A stretch of 64,000 nt of DNA from positions 192,001 to 256,000 of the forward strand of contig JANJUP010000022.1 in assembly GCA_024710525.1 (NCBI GenBank), given 5' to 3'. The stretch is from Candidatus Rifleibacteriota bacterium (GTDB taxonomy: Bacteria > Muiribacteriota > Ozemobacteria > Ozemobacterales > Ozemobacteraceae). Positions 11,313-20,864 of the stretch are shown one piece after another (the first letter of the stretch is position 1; every line of letters begins with the position of its first letter). Both the position numbers and the translations under genes were made by a program. The notes below the pieces were generated by a model. It did no database searches. It was given only the letters and a program-made list of their open reading frames with translations, and was not told the origin of the DNA.

Positions 11313-11876
11313 TTACCTCCGGTTGCCGGTGCGGATTTCTCTGATTGCTATTGCTGCCTGCCAGATTGTCAGCGAAAGAATCACCAGGAGTGCCAGGTAT
11401 TTGAGGTTGAAGAAGTCTGCCGCTTTCGCCCGTGGTGCCTGGTCAGACGGAAATTCCTTTATTAGCCCGGAAAGCTTTGCCTTTGTGAGATATTGTTCCT
11501 GAATAGTCGTTTCGTCGGGATATTTTTTCAGATAAACCTCAAGAAGTCGCTGCTTTTGTACCGTCGGGCTGGCCAGAAAGTTGAATAGAAGCTCATTACC
11601 GGAGTCTCTGGTGATAAGACTCGATGAGATTTTTTTCTGCCCGGTTTCGTGATACGAAGACAGTGACCAGCCCGGATCGGGCAGGTCTTTCCAGATAAAC
11701 TTCGCTTTCAGCAACAGGTTTTGTGCTTTTTCGTGGTCTCCGCTATCGTGCGCCGCCCGTGCCTGTCTGAGAAGCGACATCGCCATATTTCGCTTTTTAT
11801 CTTTGGCAGTAGACGGAATAATCGTCAGAATGATCAGCAAAAAAAGCAGAAAAACCCCAACCTTTTTGTATCTCAT
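11313..11876 (-). CDS. Small bitopic membrane protein (hypothetical), immediately upstream of the giant protein gene
   Basis: Start is the ATG at 11876 (MRYKKVGVFLLFLLIILTIIPS...). The track's TTG start at 11951 would run through the upstream terminator hairpin. There is an N-terminal TM/signal and a C-terminal TM (LALLVILSLTIWQAAIAI). Its stop lies 2 nt before the giant-protein ATG. Confidence 0.5.
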   Translation of the reverse strand: MRYKKVGVFLLFLLIILTIIPSTAKDKKRNMAMSLLRQARAAHDSGDHEKAQNLLLKAKFIWKDLPDPGWSLSSYHETGQKKISSSLITRDSGNELLFNFLASPTVQKQRLLEVYLKKYPDETTIQEQYLTKAKLSGLIKEFPSDQAPRAKAADFFNLKYLALLVILSLTIWQAAIAIREIRTGNRR

Positions 11877-11909
11877 ATCCTCATGATACCAGATTAAATA
11901 TTTATCTGT

Positions 11910-11948
11910 AAAAAAATTATGACAAAAGCCCCCGGAGGATAGGGGCTT
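11910..11948 (-). terminator. Rho-independent terminator downstream of the PhaR-like gene
   Basis: A hairpin (aagcccc / 9-nt loop / ggggctt) is followed on the minus strand by a U-rich tract (revcomp ...ggggcttttgtcataattttttt). Confidence 0.5.
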
Positions 11949-11992
11949 CAATTGTCAGGCGCTTTATTTAATGTTTCACAGGAAACAGCAGG

Positions 11993-12601
11993 TCAGTCTG
12001 AGTGCAGCTTCTCCTCAAGTTCGCGCAGGCGCTTGAGAATTTCGGTCATTTTGTCGTCATCCCTTTTTGCTGCGCTGCTCTCTGTTTTTTTGGCAGATGC
12101 TTCGTTTGAAGGACCTTGAGGCTGTTGCTGCGGCTGCGCGGCGGGGGTCTGCATAAATGGGTTCATGCCCTGAAAAGGATTCGGCATCTGCATCCAGGGA
12201 TTTTGAAAGGGCATTGATGGCATCGAAGGCATTGACGGCATTGACGGCATTGACGGCATGCCTGGCATGGTCATGCCGGGCATCGAAAATTTGCCATCCT
12301 GGTAATTCTTGTACATGCTCATCATCCAGGGGAAGAACTGCTGGAAAAAATTCTCGATCGCCTCAGGCGGCGACTGCAGCATCATCTGGTAAAAATAGGT
12401 CGGGACCAGTTCATACCGGTCTTCAAGCATGACCTGCATGAGAATGTATTTGGTGATGTCTTTTCCGGTGGTTTTTTCGACAACCTTGACCTTGTCGCCG
12501 CGCTGCAGAAAATCACGGATCTCGGTCAGTGAAACATAACGGGCTTCTTCGACACAGTATAAACGACGATTGTCGTATTTTTTAATCAGAATTTCTTTCA
12601 C
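11993..12601 (-). CDS. PhaR-like (PHB/PHA accumulation regulator DNA-binding domain) protein with a C-terminal (MPS)n / Pro-Met-rich low-complexity tail
   Basis: The N-terminus IKKYDNRRLYCVEEARYVSLTEIRDFL matches the PHB_acc_N / PhaR consensus (IKKY.NRRLY...YV.L.D). GTG start at 12601 with GAGG 9 nt upstream. The tail is PGMTMPGMPSMPSMPSMPSMPSMPF followed by a Q-rich stretch. Confidence 0.6.
   Translation of the reverse strand: MKEILIKKYDNRRLYCVEEARYVSLTEIRDFLQRGDKVKVVEKTTGKDITKYILMQVMLEDRYELVPTYFYQMMLQSPPEAIENFFQQFFPWMMSMYKNYQDGKFSMPGMTMPGMPSMPSMPSMPSMPSMPFQNPWMQMPNPFQGMNPFMQTPAAQPQQQPQGPSNEASAKKTESSAAKRDDDKMTEILKRLRELEEKLHSD
12201..12300 (-). repeat. Coding tandem repeat, 9-bp unit (ggcattgac), about 3 perfect copies plus degenerate copies, encoding (MPS)n
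   Basis: The sequence ggcattgacggcattgacggcattgacggcatgcctggcatggtcatgccgggcat lies inside the PhaR-like ORF. It is a microsatellite-like stretch that could vary in length. Confidence 0.6.
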
Positions 12602-13936
12602 TCAAAACCTCGGAAATGTGATTAAGAGCCGCGGGCAGAACAGTCAGACCGACATGGTGAGTATTGAGCGTCTTAACGCTTGCAACCCTGGCACCACGAG
12701 CTGTCAGACCTTTCTGGTAAACAGCGCTCTTCAGGAACAGAACCCCGTCACTGCTGTCAGCAAATTCACCGACCGGAAATTCGAGCCAGAAGAACTTGAC
12801 AGTGTCAATCTCCTGTTTGGTTCCGGCGAGAATGTGGCAGGTCACCGAAGGGTCGATTCCTTTCGTGTTGAGTGAGCTTATCACATTTCCGGCTTCCTGT
12901 ATAGCACGGTCAATGCCCTCTGATACCAGGAGACCACTGATACCGCCTTTGTAAAGCGCGTTGCGGGAAACATTTGCGTCTGCAGTAATACTCTGATAGT
13001 TGAAGTCGATACCATCTTTAACCCAGTTGTGAAGCATCTGATACTGCCCCGGAAACAGGCGGTTGTGAGATTCGGTTTCGACATACATCCCCTGCCAGAC
13101 CATCGAACGCGCGCCGAGCGGTGCAGCAAGTTTCTGTTGCATTACAGTAAAGTTATACATGTAATATCTGAATGCGGTATCGATACCCTTCAGCGGTGAA
13201 GCAACGAATATGATTTTGCGGATATCCTTGCGGAAAGGGGTCAGCCACGAATATTGCGGATACTCAGCGCCGAGGTCAGAGGCATAAATGCGCACCGACA
13301 TGGCGCCCTTACTGTGGCAGATCACGTCTACTTTTTCGGCGGCGGTCAGTTCTTTTATTCTGGCGATGGCGTTGGCCACCTGTTGTGCCTGAAGAAAATT
13401 GTCGCCATGCGGGTGTGAAAAAGTCAGGGCGAAGACTGAAAAACCGTTTTTGACCAGATGCTGCATGATGCCTGGCTTGTCAATATTGCCACCTTCGGGA
13501 ATATCAAAAGTATAGGGGTGACAGAAGCCCCTGCAGGCGTTGTCGCCAGCGCCGTGAACGAGAAGCACCGGTGTCTTGTGTTGCGCGCGGTTCCAGCGTG
13601 GGGCCAGGTGCAGCAGAACATTGCGCGAATGCGGCTTGTTTGTGCCGAAGGCCTTCTGGATAATACTGTGATTCTGGCGACTTTTGACATGAAACGGCTC
13701 GGCGACAAAATTCGGGGTGTCGTCTTCGAGAAGTTCGATTCTCTCCCAGGGGGAGCTGTCGCGGCCGGTAACATCGCTGATAACGCGAACTGCAGCCCCG
13801 GCAAACGTCGGCAGCAGAACCAGCAGAATGAGAAAGCTTAAAAAAGCGGTTCTGAAACAAAATCGCCTGAAGTCAGTAAAATTCTTAATCACTACTCGAT
13901 CACCTTTCCTGCGAGAGGCAATGCAATACTCTTTTT
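12582..13936 (-). CDS. Membrane-anchored alpha/beta hydrolase (lipase/esterase-like, PGAP1/lipase class 2-like)
   Basis: An LLVHGAGDN oxyanion-type motif and an ICHSKGAM nucleophile elbow (a GxSxG variant) are present. There is an N-terminal signal anchor (FLSFLILLVLLPTFAGAA). I prefer the ATG at 13936; the track's alternative start is at 14024. It overlaps the PhaR-like start by 20 nt, so the two are probably cotranscribed. Confidence 0.6.
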
Positions 13937-14152
13937 CGTCTGTCATGCCGACCCTGACGGGCTTTTCGTTGATCAATACTGAGAGACTGAATGTCAGTTT
14001 CGACAGAACGGTTAATTGATACAAAACAATTTTAACCGAAAAAACTCAGATTTCCAAGACTCCCAAAAGGTTTTTTTTGCTCTGAATTCTCCGGTGCGGT
14101 ACAACCGGCTTTGAGAAAACTGACGAATTTCGTGAAAAAAATAGCAAAAGAC

Positions 14153-14181
14153 TTGCAAAAGCATTCCTTCAGGCGTAAATA
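14153..14181 (+). promoter_or_regulatory. Candidate sigma70-type promoter for the hydrogenase-like operon
   Basis: TTGCAA, then 17 nt, then TAAATA, about 20 nt upstream of the first ATG at 14201. Based on sequence pattern only. Confidence 0.25.
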
Positions 14182-14200
14182 AGCTCATGCAACTGAAACA

Positions 14201-16204
14201 ATGGCTGAGGTAAAACGTATGCAGCAATTTTTAACGGCAATTCTGGTGATAACCTGCGGCGGTCTGCTGGCATGGCTTACGGGCAGACTCAAGACTCTGT
14301 CCGCCGCTGTTGGCACCGGTTCATGCATTGGCGGGGCCGCTCTTGCCCTGATACCGGTAACGGAAATTCTTGTATCCGGCGGGCAGACTGCAGAAATGGT
14401 ATTCAATCTGCCCCTGGGTGCAGCTACCCTTAAACTTGACACTGTTTCGGCCTTTTTTTCGTTGCCGGTAATCGTTCTCGGAGCTCTTTCTGCCATATAT
14501 GCCGCCGCAACCTGCCACCACGATAAACATGAATGCGGGGGATACTGGTTCTTTTACTGCCTGTTGATGGCTTCAATGCTCTTTTTGACCGCCTCAGCCA
14601 ATGCCATACTTTTTCTCATGGCCTGGGAAATAATGTCGGTCGCGGCATTCTTCCTGATTATCCACAGAGATGAGATCGCCTCGGCCAGAAACGCCGCCTG
14701 GCGATTTCTCGTGGCCAGTCACGTCGGAACCGCCGGCCTGTTTATCATGTTTGCCGTTATCAGTTCGCAGTGCGGTTCTTTCGAGTTCGCCAGTTTTACC
14801 AGAACCCCCGTTTCGGCTGAAACCGCCTCGCTGGTTTTCTTTCTTGCCCTGTTCGGGTTCGGGGTCAAAGTTGGTCTGCTGCCTCTGCATGTCTGGATGC
14901 CTGATTCATATGCATTTGCCGATGCCCACGTCTCAGCCGTGCTTTCCGGGGCGATGAGCAAAATGGGGTTTTACGGCCTGGTCAGAGTTCTGATGCTTCT
15001 GCCGGTTCATGCGCCATCATGGGGCTGGGCGCTTGCCTTCGGCGGCCTGCTTACCGGTGTTTTCGCTCTCATCACCGCTCTCGCACAGCATGACCTCAAA
15101 AAGGTAATTGCTTACAGCAGTATGGAAAACGCCGGTATTATCATGATGGGCCTTGGCTGCGCCGTTCTTGCCGGCATCTGGAAAGTGCCGTCGCTGGCTT
15201 TTGCTGCGCTGGCCGGGGCGTTGCTGCATGTTCTCAATCATGCGGCATGCAAGGGTCTTCTTTTTCTCGGCTCTGGCGCCGTCTACTTCGGCACCGGAAC
15301 CAGGAAACTCGAAGCAATGGGCGGCCTCGCGAAAACCATGCCATATACCGCGCTGTTTTTCGGCATTGGCGCTGCGGCTATTTCAGGTCTGCCACCTTTT
15401 AACAGCTTTATCAGTGAATTTATGATTTTTCTTTCCGGTCTGCAGGCAGCCCGACTCGGAACCTCATCTGCTCTGCTGCTTGCCGGCGTAATACTTGCCG
15501 GGCTAGGCTTGATCGGCGGTCTGGCAATGGCGACCTTTTCGCGAACTTTCGGCCTGGTTTTTCTCGGAGCTTCACGCAGTGATAAAAAAGTTGAACCGAG
15601 AGAGTCCGGCTGGCTTGCCAGATTGCCAATGGCCATTCTCGTGCTGGCAATTTTCCTGCTTTCGCTGTTTTCGCCATTTATACTCATTCCGGTAACGCGC
15701 GTTGCCTCGACGATTGCCGCTGCCTCAGGCACAATATTCACTCAGGAAAGCGCGATGCTCAATATTCAACCGGTAACGGTCAGCGCCGCGGTATCATTCT
15801 TTCTGGCACTGTTTGTTGTGCTTTTCTGGCTGATCCGCAGCCGGTTTTTCAGTGCCGGCGACATTGACAACCGCTGCACCTGGGATTGCGGTTTTGCTGC
15901 CCCGGATTCCCGCATTCAGTATACCTCTTCTTCATTTTCGCAACCGGTCAGCGAGGTTTTTTCGAGTATTGTCAGGCCTTATCGCCATGGCGAAAAGGTC
16001 GCCGGCTTTTTCCCGGCGCACGCAAGCTTCAGAACAGACGCTCCTGACTCTCTGCTGCGTTATTTGTATATTCCATTGTTTGGCCTTATTGACCGGGCGA
16101 TGGTGCCCCTGCGCGCCCTTCAACACGGACGCCTGCATCTCTACATCTGTTATCTGGCAATTGTTCTTCTTGCACTCCTGATCTGGAAGGTGGTGGCAGC
16201 ATGA
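14201..16204 (+). CDS. NuoL/HyfB-like antiporter-type membrane subunit of a complex-I / group-4 hydrogenase-related (Ehr-type) complex
   Basis: 667 aa with about 16 TM segments. It carries the conserved Mrp/NuoL antiporter-like core (e.g. WMPDSYAFADAHVSAVLSGAMSKMGFYGL). It is the first gene of a translationally coupled operon. Confidence 0.85.
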   Translation: MAEVKRMQQFLTAILVITCGGLLAWLTGRLKTLSAAVGTGSCIGGAALALIPVTEILVSGGQTAEMVFNLPLGAATLKLDTVSAFFSLPVIVLGALSAIYAAATCHHDKHECGGYWFFYCLLMASMLFLTASANAILFLMAWEIMSVAAFFLIIHRDEIASARNAAWRFLVASHVGTAGLFIMFAVISSQCGSFEFASFTRTPVSAETASLVFFLALFGFGVKVGLLPLHVWMPDSYAFADAHVSAVLSGAMSKMGFYGLVRVLMLLPVHAPSWGWALAFGGLLTGVFALITALAQHDLKKVIAYSSMENAGIIMMGLGCAVLAGIWKVPSLAFAALAGALLHVLNHAACKGLLFLGSGAVYFGTGTRKLEAMGGLAKTMPYTALFFGIGAAAISGLPPFNSFISEFMIFLSGLQAARLGTSSALLLAGVILAGLGLIGGLAMATFSRTFGLVFLGASRSDKKVEPRESGWLARLPMAILVLAIFLLSLFSPFILIPVTRVASTIAAASGTIFTQESAMLNIQPVTVSAAVSFFLALFVVLFWLIRSRFFSAGDIDNRCTWDCGFAAPDSRIQYTSSSFSQPVSEVFSSIVRPYRHGEKVAGFFPAHASFRTDAPDSLLRYLYIPLFGLIDRAMVPLRALQHGRLHLYICYLAIVLLALLIWKVVAA

Positions 16205-17121
16205 TCAGCATTCATTCTGTCGTATTTTTTATTCTCACTCTTCTGCTTGCACCGATCCTGCCAGGTGTCATCAACAAGGTAAAAGCCTTCTTTGGCGGCA
16301 AAATGGGGCCGCCCGTTCTGCAGCTCTATTACGATATTGCCAAGCTGATGAGAAAATCCGCGACCTACAGCCAGACTTCAAGCCTGGTCACACGACTCGC
16401 GCCTGTCGTGATCTTTTTTTCGACTCTCGGTGCCGGCCTGTTTGTGCCTTCTTTTTTCAGGGAAGCAAGTTGCCGCTTTGCTGGCGATGTGGTTCTGATG
16501 GCCTATCTGCTGGGTATCGGCCGCTTCTTTATGGTTATTGCCGCCATGGACCGCGGTTCGGCCTTTGAAGGAATGGGCGCCAGCCGCGAAGTTCTCTACA
16601 GTGCTCTGGCCGAACCAGCCTTTTTCTGCGGTCTGCTTGTATTGATCAATGAAACTGGCGATCTGAGTCTTTCCGGAATTTTCAACGGGCTTTCGCTCGA
16701 ACTCTGGCGGCAGAACCCGGCCATAATGCTGCTGATTGCGGTGAGCTGGATGATAGTCCTGCTGACTGAAAATGCGCGAATCCCGGTCGATGACCCGAAC
16801 ACCCACCTTGAACTGACCATGATTCATGAAGTAATGATTCTCGACTACAGCAGTAAAGATCTCGGGTTGATCGAATACGCTTCTGCCCTCAAACTCTGGT
16901 TGTTTTCGAGTCTGCTGGTCGGTCTGATTATCAGCGCCGGGGCAGTTCCGCCATATCTTCATATTCCGGTATTCCTGTTCGGAATACTCGCGGTCGCGGT
17001 CGTTATTGGCTGCGTCGAATCGACCATTGCCCGCCTCAGGCTGATTCATATTCCAAAATTCATCGTCGGTTCTGGCGCTCTGGCCATAATCGCCCTGATT
17101 CTGAAAATTGCAGGGAACTGA
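16201..17121 (+). CDS. NuoH/HycD-like membrane subunit
   Basis: 306 aa with about 8 TM segments. The start overlaps the upstream stop (ATGA). Resembles the HycD/NuoH family. Confidence 0.85.
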   Translation: MISIHSVVFFILTLLLAPILPGVINKVKAFFGGKMGPPVLQLYYDIAKLMRKSATYSQTSSLVTRLAPVVIFFSTLGAGLFVPSFFREASCRFAGDVVLMAYLLGIGRFFMVIAAMDRGSAFEGMGASREVLYSALAEPAFFCGLLVLINETGDLSLSGIFNGLSLELWRQNPAIMLLIAVSWMIVLLTENARIPVDDPNTHLELTMIHEVMILDYSSKDLGLIEYASALKLWLFSSLLVGLIISAGAVPPYLHIPVFLFGILAVAVVIGCVESTIARLRLIHIPKFIVGSGALAIIALILKIAGN

Positions 17122-17126
17122 AAACC

Positions 17127-17801
17127 ATGAACAGTATAGCCACACTTCTTGCCTTGTCATGTATTTTTCTGCTCGGTTCGAGCCGGTTGCTGATGTCGAT
17201 CAGAATGGTCGCTTTTCAGGGGCTGCTGCTGGGTATCCTGCCACTGGCCGCCGCCGGTGACGGCCATCTGTCGCTGGCTCTTATTTTTCTGTCGCTCGCC
17301 AGCATTGCGTTGAAAAGCATTCTGCTGCCCTGGCTGCTGAACAAGGCCATGGTCGATTCAGGCACCCGCCGAGAGATCGAGCCATTCATCAGCTTCGGCG
17401 CCTCGATGCTGCTCGGGCTTTTTCTGCTTGCCGTGTCTGGCTGGATCGTCGACAAGCTTCAGGCAACCGAGCCGGTGCCTTCGCCGGTTACCCTGATTGC
17501 AGGGTTTTATCTGGTTTTTTCGGGTCTGCTGCTGCTGATAACAAGACGCAAAGCGCTCACCCAGACCCTTGGCTTTCTTGTTCTCGAAAACGGGGTTTTT
17601 ACTGCCGGTCTCAGCCTTGGCAGCGAGTTCTCGGTGATGGTTGAACTGGGCATTCTGCTTGACGTCTTTGTCGGCATTTTCCTGATGGGTATCATGCTTT
17701 TTCATATTGACCGCGAATTCGACCACCTCGATGCCGACCGTTTCAATGAACTGTCTGACCTCGAAATTGCCGCTTCGCCCGATGAGGAGGTAGCAGAATG
17801 A
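17127..17801 (+). CDS. HyfE/NuoK-like small membrane subunit
   Basis: 224 aa with about 6 TM segments. Its position and size match hydrogenase-4 component E-like subunits. There is an acidic C-terminal tail. Confidence 0.7.
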   Translation: MNSIATLLALSCIFLLGSSRLLMSIRMVAFQGLLLGILPLAAAGDGHLSLALIFLSLASIALKSILLPWLLNKAMVDSGTRREIEPFISFGASMLLGLFLLAVSGWIVDKLQATEPVPSPVTLIAGFYLVFSGLLLLITRRKALTQTLGFLVLENGVFTAGLSLGSEFSVMVELGILLDVFVGIFLMGIMLFHIDREFDHLDADRFNELSDLEIAASPDEEVAE

Positions 17802-19366
17802 ATACCGCCTGGGCCCTGATCATTCTGCCGGCTGTTACCGGCCTGTGTTCTCTTTTCATCGATTCGGAAAGGCTCCGCAAAAATCTGCTGGTCGTCGTTG
17901 CCTTTCTGCACCTCTATATGTCTTTGCAGCTTTGCAACGGCTCTGCTGGCGAACTTGACGGTGTCTGGCTCGGTGTCGACCATCTTACCAGAATCTTTCT
18001 TACCCTCACCAGTCTTCTGTTTACCGGCTCAGCCGTTTACTCGATGATTTACCTCGACAAACACCCGCATGCCGACGGCGCCGATCTTGCCGGCTGGCAG
18101 TTCTTGCGCAACCGCAATGCGATTTTTGTCGCCTGCATGCAGCTGTTTCTTGCGGCAATGAGCCTGGCGATTCTCAGTATGCATTTCGGCCTGCAGTGGA
18201 TCGGCATTGAAGCTACAACTCTTGCCAGCACACCCCTGATTTACTATCATCGCAACCGCCGCTCCCTCGAAGCCGCCTGGAAATACATGATCATCTGCTC
18301 GGTCGGCATTGCTCTCGCTCTGATGGGCGTCTTTTTTCTGGCCAAAACGACGACCCAGCATGTTCAGCTCTTTACGCCCGCCGGCCTGGTGCTGTTTGCC
18401 GGTTATCTCAAGCTTGGCTGGCTGAAGGTTGCCTTCATTTTCTTTCTCGTTGGTTATGGCACCAAAATGGGCCTGGCGCCGATGCATACCTGGCTGCCCG
18501 ACGCACACAGCGAAGCCCCTTCTCCAGTTTCAGCGATGCTCTCCGGCGCCCTGCTCAATTGCGCTTTTCTCGGTATTCTCAGAATCTACCAGGTCTGCGT
18601 CGCAATTCCGGCCACTGCTGCCTTTGCCTCAGAACTGCTGATCATTGCCGGCCTCGTTTCGATGGGATTCTCGGGCATTTTTATCATGCATCAGCCAGAC
18701 TATAAAAGAATGCTTGCCTATTCGAGCGTTGAACACATGGGTATTCTTGCCACCGGTATCGGCCTTGGCGGTTCTGCCATCGCCGGCGCTCTTCTGCATG
18801 CAATCTGCCATTCACTGATCAAGGCCCCGATGTTTTTGCTCGCCGGCAACATTCTTTCGGCCTTCAATACAAAAAAAGTCGAAGAAGTCTCCGGCCTGCT
18901 CAAATCTATGCCGTTCACCGGCATGCTCTGGCTTGCAGGCTTTTTAGCGATCACCGGCACCCCGCCATTCGGAACTTTCATCAGTGAATTTTCGATTCTC
19001 AAGGCAGCACTGCAGACCCGCAGCTGGACAACAGCGGGCCTCTATCTCCTCTTCCTTCTGATTGTTTTTATCGGCATGCTGACGATTGTCATGCAGATGA
19101 CTCTCGGCCGCCGCCCTGATGACCACGCCGATGAACACCATCATCATAACCCAGCCGCAAAAGACCATGAACAGAAGCACGAGAAACATCATAAACATGA
19201 TGCTGCGTCAGCGGTTTCCGGTTCTGTGATCGATGAAGATCTTCTGCAGATTATGACGCCGGTTATATTCCTGTCTCTGGCTCTAATCCTTGGTTTCTAC
19301 CTGCCCGAATACGTAAGGCAGGCGATCAATGGTGGCGCCCTGCTGCTCGGAGGTGCAATACTGTGA
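17798..19366 (+). CDS. NuoM/NuoN/HyfF-like antiporter-type membrane subunit with a His-rich C-proximal insertion
   Basis: 522 aa. It has antiporter-like core motifs (GTKMGLAPMHTWLPDAHSEAPSPVSAMLSGALL). A His-rich segment DDHADEHHHHNPAAKDHEQKHEKHHKHD sits near the C-terminus. GAGGAGG RBS, and the start overlaps the upstream stop. Confidence 0.85.
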   Translation: MNTAWALIILPAVTGLCSLFIDSERLRKNLLVVVAFLHLYMSLQLCNGSAGELDGVWLGVDHLTRIFLTLTSLLFTGSAVYSMIYLDKHPHADGADLAGWQFLRNRNAIFVACMQLFLAAMSLAILSMHFGLQWIGIEATTLASTPLIYYHRNRRSLEAAWKYMIICSVGIALALMGVFFLAKTTTQHVQLFTPAGLVLFAGYLKLGWLKVAFIFFLVGYGTKMGLAPMHTWLPDAHSEAPSPVSAMLSGALLNCAFLGILRIYQVCVAIPATAAFASELLIIAGLVSMGFSGIFIMHQPDYKRMLAYSSVEHMGILATGIGLGGSAIAGALLHAICHSLIKAPMFLLAGNILSAFNTKKVEEVSGLLKSMPFTGMLWLAGFLAITGTPPFGTFISEFSILKAALQTRSWTTAGLYLLFLLIVFIGMLTIVMQMTLGRRPDDHADEHHHHNPAAKDHEQKHEKHHKHDAASAVSGSVIDEDLLQIMTPVIFLSLALILGFYLPEYVRQAINGGALLLGGAIL

Positions 19367-20856
19367 AAAATACTCTGTTGCTGAAAAATGGCAGTTCTGC
19401 AAAACTCGAAAATGTTCCGGTAATTGAGGCTGAAGGCTTTCGCAAGCACCTGACCGTGCAGATTCAGAAAGGCGGTCGCCTGTCGGCGCTCTTCCTGGTT
19501 CCTGGCGACTCCCAGGCAAGCCTTTTTGCGATTGTTTCGCACGACCACACCAGCGAACTCGAAGTATTTTCCTGCCTCTGCGGCCGTAAATTCAACGCTC
19601 TGACCCCAATTCTGCCACAGGCTCACTGGTTCGAAAGAGAAATCGCCGAAATTCACGGCATTGAAATGGTCGGGCACCCCTGGATGAAGCCGATCCGCTT
19701 TCAGCCAAAAGCCGGGCAGAACGTTGAGATCATTCCCGGTGCCACCAGCTATTTCGAAGTTAAGGGCGAAGAGGTGCACGAGGTCGGTGTCGGACCGGTG
19801 CATGCCGGTATCATCGAACCCGGCCATTTTCGTTTTCAATGCCACGGAGAAAAGGTTTTTCATCTGGAAATCGAACTGGGATACCAGCACCGCGGTATCG
19901 AAAGGGCGATTCCCGTCTCTCAACCTCAGAAAGTTATCAGGCTTATGGAAACGGCAGCCGGCGATACCAGTATCGGTCACGCTACCGCCTATGCCATGAA
20001 TGTCGAAGCGCTCGCCGGGCTGAAGTTGAGCCAGAATGCGGCAATTATCCGCAGCGTCGCTCTCGAACTCGAACGCATGGCCAATCATACCGGCGATCTG
20101 GGTGCGCTCGCCGGCGATGTCGGCTTTCTGCCGACGGCGGCTTACTGCGGTCGTATCAGAGGCGATATTCTCAATACCACCGGCCTGATCTGCGGCAATC
20201 GCTTTGGCCGCGGCCTGATCAGAACTGGCGGCGTCGGTTACGAAATCGACGCCGAACTGAAAAAGGCGATTCTCGATAAACTGGCGCTTGTCGAAGCCGA
20301 CCTGCGTTCGGCTATCAACCTCATCTGGGATACCCCTTCGGTTGTGTCACGATTTGAAGAAACCGGTCTCGTCAGCCGGGAAGACGCGATCGCCGCTGGG
20401 CTGGTCGGCCCCGCTGCCCGTGCCTGCGGTGTCTCGATTGACATCCGCCTTTCGCACGCCTTTGCCGCCTACGGCAGAATTAAGCCTGAACTGGCGCTCG
20501 GCCGTCAGGGCGATGTTAACGGCCGGGCCACGGTGCGCTGGCTCGAAATTCAGGATTCGCTGTGCCTCATTCGAGCCATGCTCGAAGAACTTTCTGCTGA
20601 AAAAGCCGGCTGCAGTATGCCGAAGGCTGAACTGGCACCGGATTCATTGGCCGTCAGTCTTGCCGAAGGCTGGCGTGGCGAAATCTGCCATGTTGCCATT
20701 ACTGACAGCAAAGGTAATCTTAAAAGCTATAAAATCGTTGACCCCTCATTTCATAACTGGTTTGGCCTGGCTCTGGCATTGAGAAACCAGGAAATCTCAG
20801 ACTTTCCGCTCTGCAATAAGAGTTTCAACCTCTCTTACTGCGGCCACGACCTGTGA
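19363..20856 (+). CDS. Fused NuoC-NuoD / HycE-like large subunit that lacks the NiFe-ligating cysteines (Ehr large subunit-like)
   Basis: The conserved GPVHAGIIEPGHFRF...GEKV.HLE..LGY.HRGIE block is present. The position of the N-terminal R-x-C-G-x-C-xxxH motif reads ETAAGDTSIGHATAY, with no Cys. The C-terminal DPCxxCxxH/R position reads VDPSFHNWFG, with no Cys. GTG start overlapping the upstream stop, with GGAGGT RBS. Confidence 0.85.
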   Translation: MKNTLLLKNGSSAKLENVPVIEAEGFRKHLTVQIQKGGRLSALFLVPGDSQASLFAIVSHDHTSELEVFSCLCGRKFNALTPILPQAHWFEREIAEIHGIEMVGHPWMKPIRFQPKAGQNVEIIPGATSYFEVKGEEVHEVGVGPVHAGIIEPGHFRFQCHGEKVFHLEIELGYQHRGIERAIPVSQPQKVIRLMETAAGDTSIGHATAYAMNVEALAGLKLSQNAAIIRSVALELERMANHTGDLGALAGDVGFLPTAAYCGRIRGDILNTTGLICGNRFGRGLIRTGGVGYEIDAELKKAILDKLALVEADLRSAINLIWDTPSVVSRFEETGLVSREDAIAAGLVGPAARACGVSIDIRLSHAFAAYGRIKPELALGRQGDVNGRATVRWLEIQDSLCLIRAMLEELSAEKAGCSMPKAELAPDSLAVSLAEGWRGEICHVAITDSKGNLKSYKIVDPSFHNWFGLALALRNQEISDFPLCNKSFNLSYCGHDL

Positions 20857-20864
20857 GGTGAAAT

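Noticed and set aside
11877-11951. TTG-initiated N-terminal extension of the small membrane protein ORF
   Set aside because: The extension has no RBS and runs through the terminator hairpin of the upstream gene. The ATG at 11876 is used.
12201-12300. Possible CRISPR or other non-coding repeat array
   Set aside because: The repeats at 12.2 kb and 41.0 kb are short 9-bp in-frame coding units with no spacers. No CRISPR-like repeat-spacer architecture and no cas genes were found anywhere in the window.
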